Of a stretch of DNA of 64,000 bases, positions 29,653-37,919 are shown piece after piece. Source of the stretch: Polyangiales bacterium (GTDB taxonomy: Bacteria > Myxococcota_A > Polyangia > Polyangiales > Polyangiaceae). How positions within the stretch are numbered: the first letter of the stretch is position 1; each line of letters opens with the position of its first letter. The position numbers and the translations under genes are program-made. The stretch covers positions 192,001 through 256,000 of the forward strand of contig JBBRLQ010000002.1 in NCBI GenBank assembly GCA_038231275.1, written 5' to 3'. Below the pieces are notes generated by a model that worked only from the letters and a program-made list of their open reading frames with translations, was not told the DNA's origin and searched no databases.

Positions 29653-31941
29653 TCACCGCTCGACGCGCACTGGCGTCGCGCCGGGCGGGGTGGTCACGGG
29701 GGTCGGGGCGCGAGGAGACGGGCCGCCCCAGGTCTGGACGGGCACCGGCAGCTCCAACGCGTCCTGCGGCGTGTGATCCTTCACCTCGCGCGGCGCGCGG
29801 AGCTCCTCCAGCTTTCGCTCGGCGTCGATCTTGCGCGCCGAACCGCGCATCACGTGCACGAGCCCGCGCGTGCGAGAGAAGTCCGCGGGCGGCGTCCACT
29901 TCCTGCCGCTGAAGACCACCGCGTGGTCGATCATCTCCTGCCGCTCATCCATCTTCTGCTGGAAGATGCGCCGCTTGTCCGCCTCGTCGCGCATGATGTG
30001 CGGCGTGAGCACGAGGATGAGGTTGCTCTTCTCGTTCTGATCGGTGCTGCTCCGGAAGAGGGCGCCGAGGAGCGGGATGTCGCCGAGGAGCGGCACCTTC
30101 GTCTCGGTGCGCGACAGCCGATTTCGCACGAGCCCCGCGATCACCATCGTCTCGCCGTCCTTCACCGTGAGCGTGGTCGTCGCGCTTCGTTCGACCCACG
30201 AGATCGATCCGTAGACGTCTGCCTTGTCGGGGACGCTCTGCACGTCGCTGATCGTCTCCTCGATGTCGATGCGCACCTCGTTCGAGTCGTTCATGTGCGG
30301 CGTCACCTTGATGCGCGGGCCGATCGCCTGGAGGTTGCCCGGTGATGTGCCCGCGGAAGGCAGCGTCAGGCCGCCGGCGATGATGGGGGCGGCGGGCGCA
30401 TGCGGCGTGAGCGGGATGCGCAGCTGCACCTTCAGCTCCGCCGGCGTGTTGTCGCTCGCGACGATCTGTGGCGTCGAGAGGATGTCGCTCCCGCGCGTCT
30501 GCGCCATCGCCGTGATGAACGCGCCCACCGCCGGGATCTTCGAGATCGACGAGCTCGTGCCGGTGGGGATCGCGAACGGCAGCGGAATTTCCGGCCCGCG
30601 GATGCCTAGCGCGAACGCTTGAAGATCGGTGGCGTTGGGCGTGAGGGCGGAGGTGCCCGCGCGGAAGCCGCCATAGAGGAAGCTGTCGTCGCCCTTACCG
30701 GCGGTGCTTCCGCCGTGGAACGCGAAGCCGAGATCGAGGTCGTGCTCCGCCGAGATCTCCATCACGACGGCCTCGATGTAGACCTGCCTCTTGGGCATGT
30801 CGAGGCGATCGATGACCGCCTTGACCGCCGCGAAATCGCGCGGCGACGACGTGACCAGGAGCGAATTGGTGGTCTCGTCGGCGCTGACCTTGACGCTCGA
30901 CTCGAGGATGGCGAGCTGCGCGGGCCTCGCGCCGCCGGAAATCGCTTGCGCTTGCGCCGCCCCTCCCCCGCCGCCGGCCGCGCCGAGCGCCTCGTTCAAT
31001 GGCCCCACGATCTTTTTCGCGTCGGCGTGCTGGAGGTTGACGACGTGCACCTGCCCGTCGCTCGTCACCGGGATGTCGATCTTCCGCAAGACGTCGACGA
31101 CGCGCCGATACGACGCTTCGCTCGCCACGATCGCGAGCGCGTTCGGTCGCTCGAACGCGACGAGGCGTGAGACGCGAAGCTCCCCCATCGTCGGTCCGTC
31201 GAGCTTTTTTTTCAGGTCGAAGAGCTCGGTCAGCTTCTTCTCGATGTCGGCCGACGCCGCGTAGTAGATGGGCTCCACGTAGAGGTGCTCGGCGGGGCCC
31301 GACGTGTCGACCTCTTGGACGATCTGGAGCAGGCGCCGCACGTTCGTGCCGGTGTCGGTCATGATGAGAAGGTTGCCCGGCGCGTACGTGACGATGCTGC
31401 CGTCGCGCGTCTGGAGCTTGCCGAGGATGCCGGCCACTTCGTCGGCGCCCGCGTGGGCGAGGCGATGGAGGCGCGTGACGTACCGCTCCTCGGGCGGCGC
31501 TTCGGCGACGATCGGCGTCGTCTGACGTGCCGCGTCCTGCGACTCGACGATCTTGTAGAGGCCTCCTTCGGGGATGACCGTGAGGCCGTTGCCCTGGAGC
31601 ATCGACAGGAACGCGCGGTACGCCTCTTCGACGGTGACCTTCTGCGTCGCGAAGACCGTGGCCTTCAGCGTGCGAGGCTTCGCGGTGGCGACGACGAAGC
31701 GCTTACCCGTGAGCTCGCCGATCGTCTTCACCAGATCCGGGAGATCGGCATCCTCGACCTGGAACGAGACGAGCTCGCCGGGAGACTTCGGCTTCACGGG
31801 CGCCTTGTCGGCCGGCTTCTCGGGCGGTTTGTCGGCCGGCTTGTCGGGCGTCGTCGCGGCGGTGTCGGCGTGCGCGCTGCGACCGGCGCCGAGCGCGCAT
31901 GCGAGGAGAGAACTAAAAAAGAAGAAGCTCGCGCGTCGCAT
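29653..31941 (-). CDS. gspD: Type II secretion system secretin
   Basis: N-domains, ADETTNSLLV, QVYIEAVVME, ILSTPQI, KVPLLGDIPLLGALFR. Confidence 0.93.
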   Translation of the reverse strand: MRRASFFFFSSLLACALGAGRSAHADTAATTPDKPADKPPEKPADKAPVKPKSPGELVSFQVEDADLPDLVKTIGELTGKRFVVATAKPRTLKATVFATQKVTVEEAYRAFLSMLQGNGLTVIPEGGLYKIVESQDAARQTTPIVAEAPPEERYVTRLHRLAHAGADEVAGILGKLQTRDGSIVTYAPGNLLIMTDTGTNVRRLLQIVQEVDTSGPAEHLYVEPIYYAASADIEKKLTELFDLKKKLDGPTMGELRVSRLVAFERPNALAIVASEASYRRVVDVLRKIDIPVTSDGQVHVVNLQHADAKKIVGPLNEALGAAGGGGGAAQAQAISGGARPAQLAILESSVKVSADETTNSLLVTSSPRDFAAVKAVIDRLDMPKRQVYIEAVVMEISAEHDLDLGFAFHGGSTAGKGDDSFLYGGFRAGTSALTPNATDLQAFALGIRGPEIPLPFAIPTGTSSSISKIPAVGAFITAMAQTRGSDILSTPQIVASDNTPAELKVQLRIPLTPHAPAAPIIAGGLTLPSAGTSPGNLQAIGPRIKVTPHMNDSNEVRIDIEETISDVQSVPDKADVYGSISWVERSATTTLTVKDGETMVIAGLVRNRLSRTETKVPLLGDIPLLGALFRSSTDQNEKSNLILVLTPHIMRDEADKRRIFQQKMDERQEMIDHAVVFSGRKWTPPADFSRTRGLVHVMRGSARKIDAERKLEELRAPREVKDHTPQDALELPVPVQTWGGPSPRAPTPVTTPPGATPVRVER

Positions 31942-31963
31942 TTCATCGCGAAGACGGGCGTGG

Positions 31964-31979
31964 CGCAGTGGCTATTCCA
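31964..31979 (-). promoter_or_regulatory. sigma54 -24/-12 promoter motif for gspD
   Basis: Minus strand TGGAATAGCCACTGCG (GG-N10-GC). Confidence 0.55.
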
Positions 31980-31994
31980 CCGCGGATTTCGTTG

Positions 31995-33071
31995 TCACTT
32001 TGGCATCACGAGATCGCGCGTGACGTCGGCCACGCGTGGCGCGCCGCAGAGCGCCATCGCCTCGTCGATCTCCGCGCGGAGCATCGCGAGGACGCGGCGT
32101 ACTCCGCCCTCGCCGCCGAGCGCGAGGCCCCACAGCACCGGCCGCCCCAAGAGGACCGCGCGCGCGCCGAGCGCGAGCGCTTTCATCACGTCGGTCCCGC
32201 GCCGCACGCCGCCGTCGAGGAGGATCTCGCCGCGCCCGTCGACCGCATCCGCCACGCGCGCGAGGACATCGATGGTGGCGGGCGCGGTGTCGAGCTGCCT
32301 CCCGCCGTGGTTCGAGACGACCACGCCCGCCGCGCCGCTCGCGATCGCGGTCCGCGCGTCGTCGGCGCGCACGATCCCTTTCACGAGGATCGGCAGCTTC
32401 GTGAGCTTCGCGAGCCACGCGAGCGCGTCCCAGGTCAGGCTCGGATCCAGCTTCGTCGCGACGTAGCTCGAGAGACCGGAGCCCTCGAGCGGCACCGCGA
32501 CCTCCCCGTGCCCTTCCGCAACCAGGTTCTCGACGCGCATCCCGGCGGGGAGCCCGAACCGATTCCGCACGTCGCGCTCGCGCCGCCCGAAGACGGGGGC
32601 GTCCACAGTCAGGACCAGCGCGCGGCAGCCTGCCGCCTCGACGCGACGCACGAGCGCCTCGGTCGCGCCGCGATCTTTGTACACGTAGAGCTGGAACCAG
32701 AGCGGGCCGGTCGCCGCGGCCGCGACGTCCTCCACGCGCGTCGTCGACAGCGACGACAAGATCATCGTGGTCCCCTCGGCCCCCGCGGCGCGCACCGTCG
32801 CGAGCTCTCCTTCGGCGTGCGCCAGCTTGTGGAAAGCCGTCGGCGCGACGAGGACCGGCATCGCGATCTTCGTCCCGAGCACCGTCGTGGATGTGTCGCG
32901 CCGACTCACGTCGACCATGACGCGGTAGTGGAGCGCGATCCGCGAGAACGCCGCGCGGTTCTCGCGCAAGGTCACCTCGTCGTGCGCGCCGCTCGCGTAG
33001 TAGTCGAACGCCATCCCGTCGAGGCGCGCGCGGGCGAGCGCCTCGAGCTCGAGCAGGTTCACGAAGTCCAT
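31995..33071 (-). CDS. FMN-dependent alpha-hydroxy acid oxidase (glycolate/lactate oxidase family)
   Basis: DYYASGA.DE, WFQLY, VSNHGGRQLD, DGGVRRGTD, GRPVLW. Confidence 0.95.
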   Translation of the reverse strand: MDFVNLLELEALARARLDGMAFDYYASGAHDEVTLRENRAAFSRIALHYRVMVDVSRRDTSTTVLGTKIAMPVLVAPTAFHKLAHAEGELATVRAAGAEGTTMILSSLSTTRVEDVAAAATGPLWFQLYVYKDRGATEALVRRVEAAGCRALVLTVDAPVFGRRERDVRNRFGLPAGMRVENLVAEGHGEVAVPLEGSGLSSYVATKLDPSLTWDALAWLAKLTKLPILVKGIVRADDARTAIASGAAGVVVSNHGGRQLDTAPATIDVLARVADAVDGRGEILLDGGVRRGTDVMKALALGARAVLLGRPVLWGLALGGEGGVRRVLAMLRAEIDEAMALCGAPRVADVTRDLVMPK

Positions 33072-33199
33072 CGGGAGACTGCAAATGCACCGGCGCAGCC
33101 CCGATGACGAGAAGAAAGGTGGATCAAGCTCCCCCCTTCGCGTGGCCCGCCGACGCCGCGGCCCGCACGCAACGGCCTGTAACGCCTACAATTCACTAC

Positions 33200-33215
33200 G
33201 GGTACACACGTTGCA
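33200..33215 (+). promoter_or_regulatory. sigma54 -24/-12 promoter motif
   Basis: GGGTACACACGTTGCA, 13 nt before ATG 33229. Confidence 0.6.
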
Positions 33216-33228
33216 CTTCCCCGTCTCC

Positions 33229-33666
33229 ATGAGAATTGCCGTCGGTCTCCTCTCTCTCGTCGTCGCGTGCGGAAGTACAGGCTCGGAATCGGTCGGGGGT
33301 GATGGCGAGGACGTCGCCCCACTGCTCGCCGGGCGCGTGGTCCCCGAAGCCGAAATCGCGCGCGATCTCCGCGCGGCGGGTTTCGCCGAGAGCGAGATCC
33401 CACAGATGGTCTGCGCCGCGAAGTACGAGTCGAGCTTCTACGCGCAAGCGCTCCACAAGAATCACAACGGATCGATCGACTACGGCCTCTTCCAGATCAA
33501 CGACGACCTCTGGGCCCACAGCTGCGGCCTCACCGTGCAGGCCCTCTACGATCCGGCGAAGAACGCGAAGTGCGCGCGCAAGGTCTACGATTCCGGGGGT
33601 ATCCGATCCTGGTACGCGTACCGAAAACACCAGACGGAGTGCGACAGGTACACGGTCAACGAATGA
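33229..33666 (+). CDS. Lipoprotein with c-type (GH22-like) lysozyme domain
   Basis: VVAC lipobox. MVCAAKYESSF...NHNGSIDYGLFQIND...CARKV...GIRSWYAY. Confidence 0.85.
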   Translation: MRIAVGLLSLVVACGSTGSESVGGDGEDVAPLLAGRVVPEAEIARDLRAAGFAESEIPQMVCAAKYESSFYAQALHKNHNGSIDYGLFQINDDLWAHSCGLTVQALYDPAKNAKCARKVYDSGGIRSWYAYRKHQTECDRYTVNE

Positions 33667-33669
33667 CAG

Positions 33670-33687
33670 TGGGGGCCGTTTCCCCCA
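33670..33687 (+). terminator. Hairpin after the lysozyme gene (no clear U-tract)
   Basis: TGGGGG-CCGTTT-CCCCCA. Confidence 0.4.
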
Positions 33688-33791
33688 GATGTGAATGGGA
33701 TTTCACACCTTGAGGACCGTTCACATCATTGATACCGACACCCCTCAACCGAATACGCGCGTAACCATTTAGTTTCATTTCGTTTTATCTT

Positions 33792-33807
33792 CGGCATCGG
33801 TCCTGCT
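33792..33807 (+). promoter_or_regulatory. sigma54 -24/-12 promoter motif with upstream AT-rich tract
   Basis: CGGCATCGGTCCTGCT. AT-rich 33766-33791. Palindrome TGTGAA-N6-TTCACA at 33690-33707. Confidence 0.6.
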
Positions 33808-33823
33808 GTAGCTAGCTCTCGTC

Positions 33824-34762
33824 ATGAGCACGCTGAAGCAGAGTCGAGGGGTCACGGGTCGCCTGGTCCAGGTCGCGGTGGGAATCGTGGTCGGCGCCGC
33901 CAGCCTTCTTGTTGGTTCGGAGGCCATCGCGGCTTCGTGCCCGCGCGACATGGCGCTCGTCAACGGCAGCTGCGTCGACAAGTTCGAAGGCTCGCTCGTC
34001 GAGGTGCTCGAGGACGGCACCGAGGTCCCCTTCAGCCCCTACCAGACGCCGGCCGGACACAAGGTTCGCGCGGTCTCGCAGGAGGGCGTCGCCCCGCAGG
34101 CGCACATCTCGATGGTCGACGCGCAGAAGGCCTGCAAGACGAGCGGCAAGCGCCTCTGCCACGCGAAGGAGTGGAAGAGCGCGTGCAAGGGTCCGGACAA
34201 GACGCGCTACCCGTACGGCGACACGCGCGAGGCGAACGCTTGCGTCGACACTGATCGCACGTCGCCCGTCCTCAAGAAGTACATGGGCGAGCACACGGCG
34301 CGCACGATGAACGATCCGACGCTGAACCAGGAGCCGAACACGCTCGAGCCGACCGGCGCGGCGGCGGCGTGCACGAACTCGTACGGCGTCCACGACATGG
34401 TCGGCAACATCCACGAGTGGACCGACGACGCGGCGTTCCGCGGCGGCTACTACCTCGACACCAAGCTGAACGGCGAGGGCTGTGACTACGTCACGACCGC
34501 GCACAGCGCGATCTACTACGACTACTCGACCGGCTTTCGCTGCTGCGCGGACGAGGGCTCGCTGCCCGACGACGCGGAGCCCGCACCCGACGCGACGCCG
34601 CGAGAGGCGCCCAGCGCGCCGATCGACCCGAGCACCACGCGCCCTGCCTTGCCGATGGGTGACGATGGCCCGACGCGCACGTGGGCGGCGCCGGCGGCGG
34701 CGACGATCAACGGCGGCGAGCGTCGTCGTGGTCGTGGCCGCGGTCGCGACGCGACGGCCTGA
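33824..34762 (+). CDS. Exported FGE-sulfatase/SUMF1-like domain protein
   Basis: CPRDMALV, GKRLC..EW..AC, YPYG, YGVHDMVGNIHEW, GFRCC. Confidence 0.85.
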   Translation: MSTLKQSRGVTGRLVQVAVGIVVGAASLLVGSEAIAASCPRDMALVNGSCVDKFEGSLVEVLEDGTEVPFSPYQTPAGHKVRAVSQEGVAPQAHISMVDAQKACKTSGKRLCHAKEWKSACKGPDKTRYPYGDTREANACVDTDRTSPVLKKYMGEHTARTMNDPTLNQEPNTLEPTGAAAACTNSYGVHDMVGNIHEWTDDAAFRGGYYLDTKLNGEGCDYVTTAHSAIYYDYSTGFRCCADEGSLPDDAEPAPDATPREAPSAPIDPSTTRPALPMGDDGPTRTWAAPAAATINGGERRRGRGRGRDATA

Positions 34763-34785
34763 GGCCAAGGCCACAGGCTGGAGGA

Positions 34786-35013
34786 CTAGCGACGACTGCG
34801 CTCACGGGCGCGGCGGAGGCGTGAGATGCCTTGGCCTGTCCGGAGCACCGCGAGGATGCTGATCGCCGCGGCGAGGATGAACGCCGTGCTGCGACCCCCC
34901 GACGCGGCGAGCACGGCCCCGCACGCGAGGGCCGCGACGACCATCGTGAGCGCGCCGCTGCGAATGAGGCGCCGCGCCTCCGCCACGTCGGTCCGCTGGC
35001 CTTCCTCTCCCAC
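34786..35013 (-). CDS. Small 2-TM membrane protein
   Basis: Two hydrophobic segments and a basic tail. TACACT 5 nt upstream of GTG. Confidence 0.55.
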   Translation of the reverse strand: MGEEGQRTDVAEARRLIRSGALTMVVAALACGAVLAASGGRSTAFILAAAISILAVLRTGQGISRLRRARERSRR

Positions 35014-35035
35014 GCCTCAGTGTACGCGCGCCAGC

Positions 35036-35839
35036 TTACGCTCGCCCGTATTCGGCGCGAAGGGCGCGGTCTTCGCGCGCCGGCACCCGCGGGGGCTCGA
35101 ACGCGAGCGCGCGACGAGGGCCACGCCGGGTCTCGGCATCGACGCGATCGAGCCAGCTCGCGAGGCGCGGTCGCGCCGCGACCAGGGTCGCTTGCTGCGG
35201 CGTGAGGGGCGTCCGAAGGCTGTCGAGCTGCGCAGACAGGGCGATGTCCGCGGTGGAGAAGCCGGCGTCGAGCCAGAACCCACGCTCGGGGGCGCGCTCT
35301 TCGAGTGCATCGAGCGTGACGCCGAGCGCCTCCCAGCACGCCTCTTCGCCCGCACGCCAGACGTCACGCGCGTGGAGCCCGCGGACCACCTTGGCGCGCA
35401 GGAGCGGCGCGACGATCGCCTGAACGAACCACGGCGCCGCGCCGAAATACGCGCGCTTCACCGACGGCCAGTTCTCGCCATCGGCCCACCGCGCCGCCAC
35501 GAGGAACCCGTTGAGGTGCGTGTCGGCGAGCTCCTCCCAGAGGTGCGACTCGCCGCGCGCCTCGAGATCACCGGGGAACGCATCGGGCGCGAGCGCGCGG
35601 ATCTTCCGCAGGATGCGCGTCGAGTCGCAGATCGGAACGTCGTCGACGAGGAGGATGGGGAGCTGACCCGTCGGGTTCAGCGCCTTGAAGGCGTGCGGTC
35701 CGGGCGCGCGCCGCGACGCGTAGGGGAGCCCCGCCGCCCGCAGCGCGCGGATCACCTTCGCGCAGAACGGGGAGAAGCTGTCGACGCCGGCGATGCCGGC
35801 CTCGGGGAACTCACAGAGGACGAGGACGGGGATTTTCAT
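35036..35839 (-). CDS. Glutathione S-transferase-like (metaxin/FAX-like) protein
   Basis: SFSPFCAKV, NPTGQLPIL, DSTRI, STADIA. ATG at 35839. Confidence 0.85.
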   Translation of the reverse strand: MKIPVLVLCEFPEAGIAGVDSFSPFCAKVIRALRAAGLPYASRRAPGPHAFKALNPTGQLPILLVDDVPICDSTRILRKIRALAPDAFPGDLEARGESHLWEELADTHLNGFLVAARWADGENWPSVKRAYFGAAPWFVQAIVAPLLRAKVVRGLHARDVWRAGEEACWEALGVTLDALEERAPERGFWLDAGFSTADIALSAQLDSLRTPLTPQQATLVAARPRLASWLDRVDAETRRGPRRALAFEPPRVPAREDRALRAEYGRA

Positions 35840-35846
35840 GACGGTG

Positions 35847-35880
35847 ACCTTAGCTTTCCAATTTGTCAGCCTTATGTCAG
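35847..35880 (-). promoter_or_regulatory. Candidate WYL-regulator direct-repeat site plus -10 box
   Basis: TGTCAG at 35864-35869 and 35875-35880 (11-bp period). Minus-strand TAAGGT 7 nt before the GST ATG. Confidence 0.65.
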
Positions 35881-35890
35881 GTTTGTACGG

Positions 35891-36526
35891 ATGCGTCGTT
35901 CCGCGCGCCTCTTCGCCATCGCCGAGCACCTCCGCAGCCGCCGCACCGGGACGACCGCCGAGGCCCTCGCCGAGCGCTTCGATGTCACCGTTCGCACGAT
36001 CTACCGCGATCTCGACGCCCTCCGCGACGCCGAGCTCCCCCTCCACGCCGAGCGCGGGCGGGGTGGAGGCTACGCCCTCGATCGCGCGTACTCGCTCCCG
36101 CCCGTGAACTTCAACGCGCGCGAGGCGGCGCTCCTCGTCGCGGTCGGACGTTGGGTCACGGAGATGCGCCTCGTGCCGTTCACCGAGACGATCGAGGCGG
36201 CGATGGACAAGGTGCGCGCCGCCCTCGGCCCCGCCGGCCAGCGCGAGCTCGCGCAGCAGATGAGCACTCTGCACTTGGTCGGAATCCCCGCGCGCGCCGG
36301 CTCGAAGGAGGTTCGCCGCGTCCTCGAGCAGGCGTGGTTCGAGCGCCGCGTCATGCGGATCCACTACCGCAACGCCGACGGTGTCCCGACGAATCGCCGC
36401 GTGCGTGTCCGCGCGGTGGTCATGGAGCGCACCGAGACGCTCCTCAACTGCGACGATCTCGACAAGGGACAGGCGCGCCAGTTCAAGCTCGATCGGATCG
36501 AGCACGCCCAGATCGAGGACGCGTGA
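35891..36526 (+). CDS. HTH-WYL transcriptional regulator (YafY/PafB/DriD-like)
   Basis: LAERFDVTVRTIYRDLDAL...GRGGGY, followed by WYL-like CDDLDKGQARQFKLDRI. Confidence 0.88.
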   Translation: MRRSARLFAIAEHLRSRRTGTTAEALAERFDVTVRTIYRDLDALRDAELPLHAERGRGGGYALDRAYSLPPVNFNAREAALLVAVGRWVTEMRLVPFTETIEAAMDKVRAALGPAGQRELAQQMSTLHLVGIPARAGSKEVRRVLEQAWFERRVMRIHYRNADGVPTNRRVRVRAVVMERTETLLNCDDLDKGQARQFKLDRIEHAQIEDA

Positions 36527-36540
36527 GGTAGCCTCGGCCG

Positions 36541-37557
36541 ATGGACCGAGTCGGCGCGTTCTTCCTGGAGCCCACCGTGAAGAAGGTGCTGGCGATCACC
36601 GTGTTCGCGGCGCTGCTCGTGACGTTTCGCGAGCTCCTCCCGCTGCTCGTCTTCTTCGTGGGCTTCGAGCGCGCGCTCGGCGCAGCGTCCACGTTCCTGG
36701 CGAGGAAAGCGGGCGTGTCGCGCAAGGCAGCGCTCCTCGGCGTGGTGCTGGCGGGGCTCGGCGGCGTCGCCGTCGCGATCGCGCTCGGCGTCGGCCGCGC
36801 GGCACGCGGCATCATCGTGATGCGCGACACGTGGCCCGACAAGATCGCAGCGCTGCGCGAGCACCCGCTCTACCTCCGGATCCACGAGCACTTGGGCGAC
36901 ACCGACAAGGTCGTCGACGGAGCCAAGCACTATGGCGGAAGCGCGCTCCACTACGCGTCGGCCCTCGGTCACATCCTCGTCTACGCGACGGTGGGCCTCA
37001 TCCTCGCGGTGGTGTTCTTGCTCGAAGAGGATCACCTGAAGAAGCTCTACGCGTCGCTCGATCCCACGTCGCTCATCGGAGCGGTGACGCGCTGGCTCGG
37101 TCACGTGTGCGACGCCGTCATCGTCACGGTGCAGCTCCAGATGATCGTCGCCGCATGCAACGCGCTATTGACGCTGCCGGTCCTCATCTTGCTCGGCATC
37201 CCGCACATCGGCTTACTGATGGTGCTGATCTTCGTGTCGGGGCTGGTGCCCGTGATCGGCAACCTCGTGTCAGGGGTCGTCTTGTCGCTGCTCGCGTTCC
37301 ACGCGAAGGGGTGGCTCGGCGTCGGCCTCTTCGTCGCGCTGACGGCGATCCTCCACAAGATCGAGGCGTACTATCTGAACCCGCGCCTCACCGCGCGTCA
37401 CGTGAACCTCCCGGGCTTCGTGCTCATCGTGAGCCTGCTCCTCTGGGAGCACTTGCTCGGGTTCGTGGGACTCTTCGTGTCGTTCCCGTTCCTCTTCGTC
37501 GCGGGCCGCATCCGCAGCGAGATGCGCGAAGGGCGCGCGGTGCAGCCCGTACCTTGA
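36541..37557 (+). CDS. AI-2E (PerM) family transporter
   Basis: Multi-TM, LVPVIGNL, IEAYYLNPRL, GFVGLFVSFP. Confidence 0.88.
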   Translation: MDRVGAFFLEPTVKKVLAITVFAALLVTFRELLPLLVFFVGFERALGAASTFLARKAGVSRKAALLGVVLAGLGGVAVAIALGVGRAARGIIVMRDTWPDKIAALREHPLYLRIHEHLGDTDKVVDGAKHYGGSALHYASALGHILVYATVGLILAVVFLLEEDHLKKLYASLDPTSLIGAVTRWLGHVCDAVIVTVQLQMIVAACNALLTLPVLILLGIPHIGLLMVLIFVSGLVPVIGNLVSGVVLSLLAFHAKGWLGVGLFVALTAILHKIEAYYLNPRLTARHVNLPGFVLIVSLLLWEHLLGFVGLFVSFPFLFVAGRIRSEMREGRAVQPVP

Positions 37558-37594
37558 CGCGTCGCCGAGTTTGACGCGTGTGGTTAGGGTCGCG

Positions 37595-37750
37595 TCAGTG
37601 GGACGTGGCCCCCGACGGCGCGGACGTCGGCGAGCCATGCCCCGCCGCCTCGCCTGCGCGCCACGCGAAATACCCGGCAAGCGAAGCGACCACCGCAATG
37701 ATGCCAAACCCTACGATCAGCGTGCGCGCGCGGTCGTTCCGGGCGGTCAT
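37595..37750 (-). CDS. Small single-TM protein (51 aa), absent from the ORF track
   Basis: GAGGAG RBS. MTARNDRARTLIVGFGIIAVVASLAGYFAWRAGEAAGHGSPTSAPSGATSH. Confidence 0.55.
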   Translation of the reverse strand: MTARNDRARTLIVGFGIIAVVASLAGYFAWRAGEAAGHGSPTSAPSGATSH

Positions 37751-37919
37751 GACGCGCTCCTCATCCTGGGGCAGCTTGCCATTGCCATGACGATGCTGTC
37801 GCTGGATCTTTTTGCCAGAGACGGAGAGGCGCAGAGCCCCGTGTAAAAAGCGGTTTCCGGCGCGTCTCCATCCACGTCAAACGCTTGCACGGCGGCGTCG
37901 ATGCGCGCAACTTAACCTG

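Noticed and set aside
37889-37905. GG-N10-GC upstream of the VWA gene, and a similar one upstream of the S1 protease
   Set aside because: Poor match outside the GG/GC dinucleotides; such spacing is frequent by chance in GC-rich DNA.
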